Origin: a virus | Reading direction: 5' to 3' (one strand) | IMG/VR virus record: IMGVR_UViG_3300027706_000007 | Coordinates: 30,124 to 94,123 of that record | DNA length: 64,000 nucleotides | Shown: positions 10,064 to 19,080 of the stretch, one piece after another | Layout of the letters: every line of letters begins with the position of its first letter | How positions within the stretch are numbered: the first letter of the stretch is position 1 | Program-made: the position numbers and the translations under genes | The notes under the pieces: model-generated | Told to the model about the DNA's origin: nothing | The model's input: only the letters and a program-made list of their open reading frames with translations | Database searches by the model: none

Positions 10064-12081
10064 TGAACCAAAAATTCTTTCGGCGTTTGTACCCATTGTT
10101 GCGTTTTCTGGAGAATTACAGACTGCGCCTGTCTTTGCGCTGACAAAAATCTAACTTGCGCTGATGTATCTTTATGATAAGTTACTTCTACTACAACATT
10201 AAACTGTCCATGAGTATTTGATACTTGATTTGCAGATAACGCTTTTCCGTTAGATATAACGAACAAATATTTTCCGCTTAAATTATTAACTAAATCGCCC
10301 GAGCTATTTCTAGCACTAATCAAAGAAGGTAGCAAATCTATTTTATAATTCGTTTGTATCGGAGCGTCATAGAAAACGATACCATCTGGTTGCACACAAC
10401 GTAAATACACATTTTGGATGCTCGGAGTTGTTGTATAAATTGTTACCCATAAACCTTCAATTAGAGCTTGTTCTGGGAAATATTGCGATACGACACTACC
10501 AAATGTTTTAAGTGTCATTACTTGCGCGGTAATATCTACTGGTGCAACAGCAACCCCCGGAATTAGGAGATTTGAATTAAGATAAAATATATTGTTATTT
10601 TTTAGCGAGAGCGGGAAAGTTAAACTAACGTTTTCAATTGGGCCTTCTGGCGGGTTGTATACTGAATCGTGTATTTGTTGTGCATATCTCGCTGCTATAG
10701 AATTGCCACTAGGATTAGTTTGTGGATAAAGAAATTGGGTACCTTCTCCATGAACCGTACTAGCCACAATTGGAAGTATAAACGTGTAAGTTACATCTTC
10801 GCCGTTTTGTGTATCCCAAGTTACGGAAATTCGTCTAACGCGCGCAACAAAATTTGGTTGTGAAAGTACATTTCCGTTCATATCTTTTACTACACCTACA
10901 AAACTTGGGATATTTAATATGACTAAATCGCCCGGATTTATTCTTGGTAATTGAGGATAGGTCGGAGAACCATAAGTATCTGGGGGCGCAAAGGTTGATT
11001 CTGCTTTAATAACTATATTAGGAATAGGACGTTGAAAGAGCGGAGTAACGTCTTTGATATATGTATTAATTTCTTCGGGGTCGATAACGTTTCCTAATGT
11101 TTTGTTCTGCTGTTTTAATCCGAGTTGCGCGATTGAAGACGGATTTTCAACGGGGACGGCTACAATTTGCGCACCTCGAAAGTTCGCGCCCGAGTAAACG
11201 AAGCTGTTTGCCATATCATCATAATCATATTCCAAAGTAGCTGAAACGATATTTTCCGCTTCAGAAAATATAATTGTATCTACGGGCGCGGAACCCGGAG
11301 TGGGCGAGGACGCACGGGGGTCATATATTGTATTGGGGCCATTTCCCACCGGTTGCCCAGTTTTATTTTGGCCGATACCAAACGCAGATTGAATTGGGTC
11401 GTAATATTCGATATTAAGCGTAGGATAAAATGGTATAGTATCTAACAACGCTTCTGCAATATAAGGTGCGGTAGAACTAGAAGAATCGAATAGCGCGGAT
11501 TGCCATAATCTTTCTATTGCAGACGCGACACTAAAATATTGTAAAATTAATTGGTCATTTACAGTTGCGTTATCAAACAGCGAATATACAGTCCCGGGTA
11601 CAATAGGGGGTAAATGCCCTGTTGAATAACTCTGTGTAAATCCATTCCACACCAAAAAGTCAAATAAATATCCGAATGTTAAATTCAATAACGGATTCAA
11701 ACGAACTAAGTAAGGGTTCGTGTTTGGCGCGAAAGGTGGCGGCGCTAAACCTTCTATCTTAACGAGACGATATTCCAAAAGTTTCCAATATGATTCTACA
11801 TAAATTGTCGTTTGAACGCCAGTTTCACTATCCAACGCATATGTTACATTTCCCGAGAATCCGCGAAACATTTGTATTTGGCTACCATCCCTGTTAACTC
11901 GATAAATTGTAATATCGCGTGCGGGTTCAATATCTTGCGCGCCTGCTAAGGTGATAGTTGCTGTATTTTCGCGCGGATGTAAATTTGTCTGAAACTCAAT
12001 TGAGACGATATTATTTGTAAATTTCGTTTGTCCATCATATTGCACGATATAAGTTATTGTTGAATAAGTTGGGTTGCTCAT
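10060..12081 (-). CDS. Baseplate hub / tail tip protein
   Basis: Immediately downstream of the tape measure gene. Hub-like motifs 'FRGFSGNV', 'SIAQLGLKQ' and 'INPGDLVILN...RVRRISVTW'. Confidence 0.7.
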   Translation of the reverse strand: MSNPTYSTITYIVQYDGQTKFTNNIVSIEFQTNLHPRENTATITLAGAQDIEPARDITIYRVNRDGSQIQMFRGFSGNVTYALDSETGVQTTIYVESYWKLLEYRLVKIEGLAPPPFAPNTNPYLVRLNPLLNLTFGYLFDFLVWNGFTQSYSTGHLPPIVPGTVYSLFDNATVNDQLILQYFSVASAIERLWQSALFDSSSSTAPYIAEALLDTIPFYPTLNIEYYDPIQSAFGIGQNKTGQPVGNGPNTIYDPRASSPTPGSAPVDTIIFSEAENIVSATLEYDYDDMANSFVYSGANFRGAQIVAVPVENPSSIAQLGLKQQNKTLGNVIDPEEINTYIKDVTPLFQRPIPNIVIKAESTFAPPDTYGSPTYPQLPRINPGDLVILNIPSFVGVVKDMNGNVLSQPNFVARVRRISVTWDTQNGEDVTYTFILPIVASTVHGEGTQFLYPQTNPSGNSIAARYAQQIHDSVYNPPEGPIENVSLTFPLSLKNNNIFYLNSNLLIPGVAVAPVDITAQVMTLKTFGSVVSQYFPEQALIEGLWVTIYTTTPSIQNVYLRCVQPDGIVFYDAPIQTNYKIDLLPSLISARNSSGDLVNNLSGKYLFVISNGKALSANQVSNTHGQFNVVVEVTYHKDTSAQVRFLSAQRQAQSVILQKTQQWVQTPKEFLVH

Positions 12082-12091
12082 TTTCACTCAC

Positions 12092-12967
12092 CTAATAGCT
12101 GCCACGCGTTCTAAATAATGTCGCGAATTGTTTCTCTATTTCAGATACAATCGATTTCGCGGTCGCGACAGGACTTGAACTGCCGCTAATATTAAACTGC
12201 ATAGATATTGGCGCGTTTCCACCAGCACCACGCAAACCTTTTAGCGCGTCAACTAATTCTGCGGTCACAACTTCTTCACCTTTATGGATGACTGCGAGAC
12301 CGCTTTCTTGTACCGTTCCTCCACCCTGAGCACCGGCTATTGTCGCAAATCCGCTCGCCGTTTTAACGGCTGCCTGTGCCGGAGCCATTGCTGCTTGAAT
12401 TATAGTTCCGAAGGTGTTTAACCATGCATATTGCAAACCGGTTGCAGCAACAGTTTGATTTTTCAGCGCCTGATTATAAAGTGCTAGATTATAGTTGAGT
12501 GCAATTTGTGTAGATAAAGCCTCAGAAGAATATCGTCCAGTTGCCTGAACTGCAAATGCATTTAGAGCTAGTGCCTGTGTGTACATATTCTGTTGCTGAA
12601 TCGCGTTTATTTGCGCATCGTAGAGTTGTACTTGCTGGTCTACATATCCCATATTCATATTTATAAGCTGGTTTTGTATTGTGAGAATCGAGTTATATGT
12701 AGTTACTAATGTATTTCCTACGCTAGAAAGTGTTGATAGTATTCCACTAACTCCCGATAAAGAACTCTGTAAAGCATTGGAATGACTTGCGGTCTGTCGT
12801 ATGATTTGAGCAAGCTGATTTTGAGCCTGTGTCATAGCTTCTAATTGCATCGAAACCTGAACGGTTGCCAAACCGATGGCATTGAGGATACTAATCATTG
12901 TTTGATACTCGGGCATATACTCCGAGAAATTCCCATCACTCTCATCGTTGGAAGAATCTGCGCTCAA
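12092..12967 (-). CDS. Short tail tape measure protein (291 aa)
   Basis: Ala/Gln-rich helical body and C-terminal 'AQGGGTVQESGLAVIHKGEEVV' motif; sits between chaperone and hub. Confidence 0.75.
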   Translation of the reverse strand: MSADSSNDESDGNFSEYMPEYQTMISILNAIGLATVQVSMQLEAMTQAQNQLAQIIRQTASHSNALQSSLSGVSGILSTLSSVGNTLVTTYNSILTIQNQLINMNMGYVDQQVQLYDAQINAIQQQNMYTQALALNAFAVQATGRYSSEALSTQIALNYNLALYNQALKNQTVAATGLQYAWLNTFGTIIQAAMAPAQAAVKTASGFATIAGAQGGGTVQESGLAVIHKGEEVVTAELVDALKGLRGAGGNAPISMQFNISGSSSPVATAKSIVSEIEKQFATLFRTRGSY

Positions 12968-12991
12968 TATTTAAAATTAAGACGTGCTTAC

Positions 12992-13479
12992 TTAAAAGTT
13001 TTTCAGATTAGATTTCCTTTTTGCTTGTTTTAAGATTTTATCATTCTCGGCTTGATTTATAAATAAGAACGCGTCCCTATCTCGCGCTGAGAGTTTAGAT
13101 AGCTCCCATGGTTTGATTCCGAGCATTAAGAGGTTGTATTTTCTGACGGCTTCGATTGCATCTTGTTTTGCTCGCGCGTTACGAGTGTTTGTAGTGCCGG
13201 AGGCAACAATGTCAGCGAGCGCGCTAAAAAATCGTAATAGGTGTTATTAAATTGTAACCATTCTATCCACAATCCCGTTACTACCTCTCGGGGCAGTTGT
13301 TTATACCACGCAACGTCGTGTGCAGGTTCCACACCCATAGCCAGTTCTAAATAGCGCGCATCTGAACTTTTAGATTTAGATTTTAGCTCGCTCAATTCAT
13401 CATCTTGAGCCGCAGTTAATCTTTTAAGTGTAAACTTATATCCTAAAATTTCAACTTCTTTACGCTCAGGATAGGACAT
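12992..13479 (-). CDS. Frameshift-extended tail chaperone (gpGT-like, about 162 aa), not in the ORF track
   Basis: A -1 shift at T_TTT_TTA opens 77 further codons (SALADIVASG...LGIKPWELSKLSARDRDAFLFINQAENDKILKQAKRK...) ending 24 nt before the tape measure start. Confidence 0.8.
13126..13479 (-). CDS. Tail assembly chaperone (gpG-like)
   Basis: 'FTLKRLTAAQDDEL' motif; upstream of the tape measure; carries a slippery site near its 3' end. Confidence 0.75.
   Translation of the reverse strand: MSYPERKEVEILGYKFTLKRLTAAQDDELSELKSKSKSSDARYLELAMGVEPAHDVAWYKQLPREVVTGLWIEWLQFNNTYYDFLARSLTLLPPALQTLVTREQNKMQSKPSENTTS
13225..13231 (-). promoter_or_regulatory. -1 programmed ribosomal frameshift heptamer TTTTTTA
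   Basis: GAT TTT TTA in the chaperone frame matches the X_XXY_YYZ pattern. Confidence 0.78.
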
Positions 13480-13512
13480 TAAGATATACGCGGAAAACGC
13501 GCCTTATAAATT

Positions 13513-13731
13513 TTATGTAGAATGTTTCTGTTGGTGTAGGATATCATCTAACGTGGGTTGATTGAAAACTCCATTAGTATATAGTTGGAGTAAGTATAAA
13601 TTGTTCGAGGTTTCGCGAGCCTCTGACGGAGTAATTTTTAAAGAATTTCTGTAGGAAGAAATTAACGCGAGTAGAGCAACTAAACTAAGGAAACCAAACA
13701 TTATCAACATATATTCTTCTATGAATCCCAT
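13513..13731 (-). CDS. Small protein with N-terminal transmembrane segment
   Basis: Hydrophobic stretch MLIMFGFLSLVALLALI; TATA box upstream. Confidence 0.55.
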   Translation of the reverse strand: MGFIEEYMLIMFGFLSLVALLALISSYRNSLKITPSEARETSNNLYLLQLYTNGVFNQPTLDDILHQQKHST

Positions 13732-13814
13732 GGTAATGAGAATGGACTCGCATGCTATATAAAGTTTTCTCGGAAATAGAAATATTTAAAAGGTCGGCGC
13801 GCTGAATTTTTTAT

Positions 13815-14525
13815 ATGAGAATTGTCGCGCTCGCGTGGAAAGATGATTCTTTTAAAGCGCAAAACTGGATTCCCCAATCTGGTACCAGCGCATCCACCAC
13901 AGGAGACGAGATTACGCTAAATGGAACCATTACGCGCACATTAACTGAATCCTTACTACCATACAGTTTTAATTTTATGTCTGTTCGCAGCTATTCCACG
14001 AGTAGCGCGAATATAACAATAAATCTTAATTATAATTCCACTACTGAAGCTTCTGTATCTTTTACCCCAGCAACAGTTTATTCGCGCCAAGGATTTCTCT
14101 TAACTCCCATTCCTTCAAACATAAACAGCATACAAATAATTAGTTCCGCATCTGCAACAGTTGATTATATAGCTTTAGCTGATTTGTCAGCTTTTCCTAA
14201 TGGCTATGCGTCCGAAATAGACTTCGGAGGTGATTTACTCACTATCAGCGCAAATTTCCGCACAACATCTCAATCAGTTCCAAACTCTACAGATGTTATC
14301 CAGCAACTCGGAATAGCTAGCAAAGAATATAAGTTACAGTTACCTAAAGTTCCGAAAGAAGTATATAATTGGCTTGAATATTTAGAACAAAATCATATTC
14401 CTGTTGAATTTGTTTCTAATAGTTTATCTGCTACCGGTTACCTAGTCAATGTTTCCGCACTAACTAATTGGGGCTGGGTCTCACAGCCCGTGGGTCAATA
14501 TATTTACGGGGAAGCACAAACGTGA
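13815..14525 (+). CDS. Dit-like tail protein, 5' part (jelly-roll-like N-terminus plus Dit core lacking its last strand)
   Basis: 'DVIQQLGIASKEYKL...WLEYLEQNHIPVEF...GYLVNVS' aligns by eye with ORF 3130-3621. Confidence 0.6.
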   Translation: MRIVALAWKDDSFKAQNWIPQSGTSASTTGDEITLNGTITRTLTESLLPYSFNFMSVRSYSTSSANITINLNYNSTTEASVSFTPATVYSRQGFLLTPIPSNINSIQIISSASATVDYIALADLSAFPNGYASEIDFGGDLLTISANFRTTSQSVPNSTDVIQQLGIASKEYKLQLPKVPKEVYNWLEYLEQNHIPVEFVSNSLSATGYLVNVSALTNWGWVSQPVGQYIYGEAQT

Positions 14526-14530
14526 TAAAG

Positions 14531-14701
14531 ATGGTTGAAAAATTTACGCAAATTGGAGGAAGCAACCTCGCATCTGGCTCAATGGGTCTAAGCTTATCTG
14601 TATACATTATAAGTCTACAGCCACCACTACCAGAACAACAACTCTATGATGTTACAGCGACTTTGATTAAAGCTGATGCAGATGTAGATGAATCATATTA
14701 A
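14531..14701 (+). CDS. Dit-like tail protein, 3' part (terminal strand LYDVTATLIKAD)
   Basis: Matches IYEVQVEFVEL of ORF 3130. In the -1 frame relative to the 5' part; ATG preceded by GTGA. Confidence 0.5.
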   Translation: MVEKFTQIGGSNLASGSMGLSLSVYIISLQPPLPEQQLYDVTATLIKADADVDESY

Positions 14702-15558
14702 GTGTGTACTGTCGCGTTTTCTCCCGCGAAACTCATATCGAACTTCACAATATCGCCGGGGCTGAATTTCATGTTGTTCGATGCAACATATTTGGTAACT
14801 GTACATTCGAGATAATAATTCGTACTACCGTTCGTTCCGATTAAGAGTTCTAAATCAAACGGAGACATATTCATCATCTGACCAAATTCTGATACATCTT
14901 GCAGCGTGAAAGTGATTGTACCTTCAATTGTCGCGTTGAGTGCGGGATTGGCTCGGATATATGGTTGGTCGAATTGATATACGCGCTGCAAATTGTTGCT
15001 AATTGTTACATCAAAACTTAAAGGACGCACAGAAACTACTCCACCCAATATTACTTCTTGTTCAACGAAATAGAAAGGAGTAACCCCGGGGTCAGTCGCA
15101 AACGTTACTCCAGTTGGCGCAGTATTTGTAACGTTTTGTCCCCAATATTGTACGTCAACATAAAAAGGCTGATTAGTGCGACCCTGCATCTGAACCCGAT
15201 TTGCGCGTGCACCATTCACGAGAAAGTATTGATTTATATCGGTATCATAAATTAAAACGCTATGAGAAGTGGTTGGTACATTGTTAATTTGGTCTGTTAA
15301 AAGAACAATATCCTGTGGATTATATCCCACTTCAAGATTGACTTCTCGCGGCCCCTGCAAAATGTTATTAGGATATCTTCCGGTTCCGTCAAGTGGCCAT
15401 GTGTAGAATTTTTTCTGGTCTACCGATAATGTAATTCCGCCCTGTGTTGGCTGAAAACTGCCGACCCAGTTATATGTAGTATTTGTTGGACTTACGCCAT
15501 ACGAACTCTCGGCCGCGAATCCTACTTGGGAACGCCAGCCGACCGCGATAAGAGACAT
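14698..15558 (-). CDS. Major tail tube protein
   Basis: N-terminal 'VGFAAESSYGV' and 'FDVTISNNLQ...IEGTITF' motifs of siphovirus-type tube proteins. Confidence 0.85.
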   Translation of the reverse strand: MSLIAVGWRSQVGFAAESSYGVSPTNTTYNWVGSFQPTQGGITLSVDQKKFYTWPLDGTGRYPNNILQGPREVNLEVGYNPQDIVLLTDQINNVPTTSHSVLIYDTDINQYFLVNGARANRVQMQGRTNQPFYVDVQYWGQNVTNTAPTGVTFATDPGVTPFYFVEQEVILGGVVSVRPLSFDVTISNNLQRVYQFDQPYIRANPALNATIEGTITFTLQDVSEFGQMMNMSPFDLELLIGTNGSTNYYLECTVTKYVASNNMKFSPGDIVKFDMSFAGENATVHT

Positions 15559-15645
15559 ATAAATATAAATTTCTATCGCTAATATTTAAATTTTTGTATC
15601 CGCGAATGTTTCATAAAAGTAAAAAGGATATAAAGTTCTTTACTT

Positions 15646-16356
15646 TTATGGAACATCAAATACATTTACAAGTTCATCATTATGCCATATTTCGACTTTC
15701 GGAAATGTGCCAGATGTATAAATCGCATAATGCTGTTCTTTTTGACTGCTATCTACACGAATCGATAACGTTCTGCCAAATCTCGCAATCGTGTATGGGC
15801 CGCTGATGTGGCCACTAAACGCGAGTTTTGGTTGCAATTTATTTAGCGCACTTTCCATAATCCGCAATCCTGTCATAGGCTCGTGAACAAAACTCAAATA
15901 TTCCTTAGTTAGCGGACTTTCGTGAGTACAAACAACATCAACGTTTGTTAATTTTTGCAGAAAAGATTCGTAAACCCATGGAAACTGACGCGGGGTTTGG
16001 TCTTTTATTAAACTTTTCTCGCTTACAATACCATTTACAAATCCCCACGTTAATCCCGCAATTTCCCGACGCTCTGCATCGTGACACCATATACTTGTGT
16101 TATCACGATTCCGTGCACGTGTGAGCGTAAATAGATTATCGTGGTTTCCATAAATAATATTTAGGCGCGCTAAAGTTGCTAAATCTTCCCATTCTTCAAC
16201 CGTCCATGCATGACCCAAATCCCCAACCGCGACAACTTCATTAATATTCTGTTTCTTGATAATTCCACGCAACCAATCTAATGCGTAACCCTGATATATT
16301 TTATGGTGTTCTCCATGCTCGTAATGTATGTCACTCACGATTAGTACTTTGGTCAT
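15646..16356 (-). CDS. Calcineurin-like metallophosphoesterase (probable start 16356)
   Basis: SDIH, GDLG, GNHD, THESP and SGHI motifs. Confidence 0.9.
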   Translation of the reverse strand: MTKVLIVSDIHYEHGEHHKIYQGYALDWLRGIIKKQNINEVVAVGDLGHAWTVEEWEDLATLARLNIIYGNHDNLFTLTRARNRDNTSIWCHDAERREIAGLTWGFVNGIVSEKSLIKDQTPRQFPWVYESFLQKLTNVDVVCTHESPLTKEYLSFVHEPMTGLRIMESALNKLQPKLAFSGHISGPYTIARFGRTLSIRVDSSQKEQHYAIYTSGTFPKVEIWHNDELVNVFDVP

Positions 16357-16450
16357 TCCGCGAAAATTTAAATATCTAACTATTAACGTTTTCGTATGTT
16401 TTAAAATATACCAGAAACTTTTATATAAAGACTCGCTATTACAGAAGGCC

Positions 16451-16681
16451 ATGGACACATGGCTCTCGAACTTTAAAAATTTCAAAAGACATGCATGGCT
16501 CGAAAACTCGCGCGTTTCTTGGTTTCTGGTACGCACTTATTCAGATTATAACTCATATGAACGAGAAAGCCGACAACTATTTGACGTTAATCTATATTAC
16601 GTGTCCAGAATAGAGAAAAAAATTGGCGGTCGTTTCGCGCGCATAAGACAAATTAACAAGAATAGTGTGCAACTTTACTGA
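16451..16681 (+). CDS. Hypothetical small protein
   Basis: ATG about 25 nt after TTTTATATA. Confidence 0.5.
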   Translation: MDTWLSNFKNFKRHAWLENSRVSWFLVRTYSDYNSYERESRQLFDVNLYYVSRIEKKIGGRFARIRQINKNSVQLY

Positions 16682-16739
16682 ACATCCGCTATTGATTCTA
16701 TCCATAAATTTATATATTTTGAAAGCCTAACCAAATACC

Positions 16740-16958
16740 ATGGACGGAGATATGTATAGAATGCAACTTTTACTGAGAAATCAGCTTTTAGATTTTAATA
16801 ATGAAGTATCAGAGTTTCTAAACAAACATTATAATCAATATCATAATTATAATATGGATTTAATAAGCAGATTTGAAGTTCCATTATGGATATCTTTAGA
16901 TTTTAAAATGCTAGTAGAGAATCATGTAATACATATATACCATGAATGGTACTACTGA
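16740..16958 (+). CDS. Hypothetical small helical protein
   Basis: Own TATA box; overlaps the stop of the convergent ATPase gene. Confidence 0.5.
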   Translation: MDGDMYRMQLLLRNQLLDFNNEVSEFLNKHYNQYHNYNMDLISRFEVPLWISLDFKMLVENHVIHIYHEWYY

Positions 16959-17953
16959 ACATCTATATCGGGTCTAGCAACATCGTTCGCAGTGACGAGT
17001 TGTCTGCGCGACGCGAGTTCGCGTTTCAGTGTAGCTCTCTCTTCTTCTGATGACCGTCGGAATCCATTCGAGTCAATCTGTAAAAGATATACTTTACTCC
17101 ATTCTTGTATTGTCGGATAGCGAAGAACCCAAATATTACGCGCGCCCGTAGGAAATGGTATCGTAACTTCACGTTCTTCTTTTTTAATTGTTTTAGTTTG
17201 TTTTAAGATATTAAGAAAGTCGTTACTACGTTCGATTGCAAATAGTACTTTTACATGATGACCAACCGCGCTGCCCCCCTTAACGACGGCAGAGGTTATC
17301 GTCTGGAACGGTACCGTAGGATTCATAGATAGGTGATGTGTAGTAAATATGTATATTTGCTCTTTCGTTAGTTCGACAACTTTCATAAGATAAATGAAGA
17401 ATGCCTCTTCAAGTGCCTGTCTCAGTGGAAAATTTTGCTGGCCACCCATTAGAAGAATATCAAACGCGGCCGTGATTGAATCGATTACTATAAGGCCAAT
17501 GTTATTTTCTCTTATGAAATCTAATAGTGGAGATGTCTCAGGCGCGACAGAAATCGGAACGAATTCTGCTTTAGTTGCTTTAACTTTAGTTTCTTGTTCT
17601 TCATTTTCTTCAACTTTCTTTGGTGTATGTTTTGTCATCATAAGATTTCCTGATATACCTACAAGTCTCAGCAAATCGAGTGGCATGGGTACATATTTAT
17701 AGTGCAGTGTGAGTTTTGTGTTATATTTTACCTCAAGCGACGGTGCCCACAAATCTTGGAAATAATGAGACGATTCTTCCGAACTGATATATAGAGTATC
17801 TTTTCCGGTCTCGCGTTTAATTTGATAAGCTAATTCTAGCGCGTATAAGGATTTCCCAGATTGCTTCCTACCCATCATACCCGTAATTATGCCAGCAGGC
17901 ATCGTTTCGTCGAGATATGGAAATTGCATCGGCACTATGTAAAATAATCCCAT
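16952..17953 (-). CDS. RecA-superfamily (RadA/RadB-like) ATPase
   Basis: Walker A GRKQSGKS, YISSE, Walker B LIVIDS and 'KGGSAVGH'. Confidence 0.88.
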   Translation of the reverse strand: MGLFYIVPMQFPYLDETMPAGIITGMMGRKQSGKSLYALELAYQIKRETGKDTLYISSEESSHYFQDLWAPSLEVKYNTKLTLHYKYVPMPLDLLRLVGISGNLMMTKHTPKKVEENEEQETKVKATKAEFVPISVAPETSPLLDFIRENNIGLIVIDSITAAFDILLMGGQQNFPLRQALEEAFFIYLMKVVELTKEQIYIFTTHHLSMNPTVPFQTITSAVVKGGSAVGHHVKVLFAIERSNDFLNILKQTKTIKKEEREVTIPFPTGARNIWVLRYPTIQEWSKVYLLQIDSNGFRRSSEEERATLKRELASRRQLVTANDVARPDIDVQ

Positions 17954-17965
17954 TAATAAATATAA

Positions 17966-18280
17966 TCAAAGATTTTGCTGTGAGCGATTGCGCATACGAT
18001 TTATATCTTCTCGTATTGCAGCTATATCGGCACTCATTTGCGTGGAATTGTGATTTAGAACGACTATCGATTTATTAATTGACTCTATATCAATTTTTAT
18101 ATCTGCTATTTCTTTTCCGGTAACTTGCTGAAGAACTTCTAATTTAGCTAATGCGACTGCGGTATCTATTTGCTTGCGTGTATTTTCTCTAATAATATGA
18201 TGAAAATACCACAGGATTGTCGCGATTAAACCCACTACAGGTGTGATAGTAATTGCAAAATATGATAAAATAGTACTCAT
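17966..18280 (-). CDS. Membrane-anchored coiled-coil protein
   Basis: N-terminal transmembrane segment, heptad-rich C-terminus, GGTGAG RBS upstream. Confidence 0.6.
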   Translation of the reverse strand: MSTILSYFAITITPVVGLIATILWYFHHIIRENTRKQIDTAVALAKLEVLQQVTGKEIADIKIDIESINKSIVVLNHNSTQMSADIAAIREDINRMRNRSQQNL

Positions 18281-18281
18281 C

Positions 18282-18992
18282 TCACTCACCGACATGATAA
18301 GCATCAGGTTCTTCTTTTTTCACATAAACCACCTCAAATAAATCTGTGTTTTGTATCGGCGCGTAAGAACGGACTTCAATTGTAGGAGACCTCAATAAAT
18401 TATTAAGTGCCTCTTTAGATACGCGTCGAGTTAATTTTTTTGATTTTCTCGCAGCCTCGCGAGAACTATGCGCTTCATTTATATGTTTTGCAAAATCATC
18501 CAACAGTTTATTAGCTTCTTTCATATCCTGTCTCCCTATCGCGGCTTCAATTACCTGCTGAAAATTTGCGCACGTTGGACAGTCCTCTTCCCATAATCTA
18601 TAAACTCCCATGTCAGGAGTTCCATATATCGCATTTTCATCTCCTGTCGGTTTAGTCGGTGGATTATATTGCGCCAAAAAAGATAGTATATCATCTAAGA
18701 ATGCTGAGACTTCTTCATATAAAGTATTACGTTGACTCCATTGAGTACTTGGGCCAGCCGAAACTGGCTGGTGTGTATCTTGTACAACAGTGACTGGCTG
18801 TGTTGGTTCTGGTTTTTGTAATTCTCCATATTCTTCAGGTTTCTTATCGTCGTAGTATGCTTGCTCGACCCCGCGCAGTTCTTCTACAACGGATTGCGGT
18901 TCCATTTCTTTCTTCTGCGTCTTTTCTTTGGGCGCAGCTATCTGTTCCAGTTCCATTATGAGGTTCCCGAGTTCTGCGATGATGTCAGCCAT
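18282..18992 (-). CDS. Hypothetical acidic protein with a CxxC...H...H motif
   Basis: 236-aa ORF with TATA box; CPTC and HINEAH. Confidence 0.65.
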   Translation of the reverse strand: MADIIAELGNLIMELEQIAAPKEKTQKKEMEPQSVVEELRGVEQAYYDDKKPEEYGELQKPEPTQPVTVVQDTHQPVSAGPSTQWSQRNTLYEEVSAFLDDILSFLAQYNPPTKPTGDENAIYGTPDMGVYRLWEEDCPTCANFQQVIEAAIGRQDMKEANKLLDDFAKHINEAHSSREAARKSKKLTRRVSKEALNNLLRSPTIEVRSYAPIQNTDLFEVVYVKKEEPDAYHVGE

Positions 18993-19080
18993 ATATTAAT
19001 AAAAAATTGAAACCTATATTTAAATTTATAGGGGCGAAAGTAGCGATGGGTTTAAAAATACAAACCTCGGAGTTCTGCCG

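Noticed and set aside
14470-14630. Canonical bulge-helix-bulge intron or spliceosomal intron
   Set aside because: The exon-exon stem GGCTG/CAGCC is not followed by a 4-bp central helix. The GT...AG ends are probably coincidental in an archaeal virus. Kept only as an unexplained intervening sequence.
16357-16536. N-terminal extension of the phosphoesterase in the ORF track
   Set aside because: It runs through divergent TATA boxes and the opposite-strand gene. The domain starts at MTKVLIVSD.
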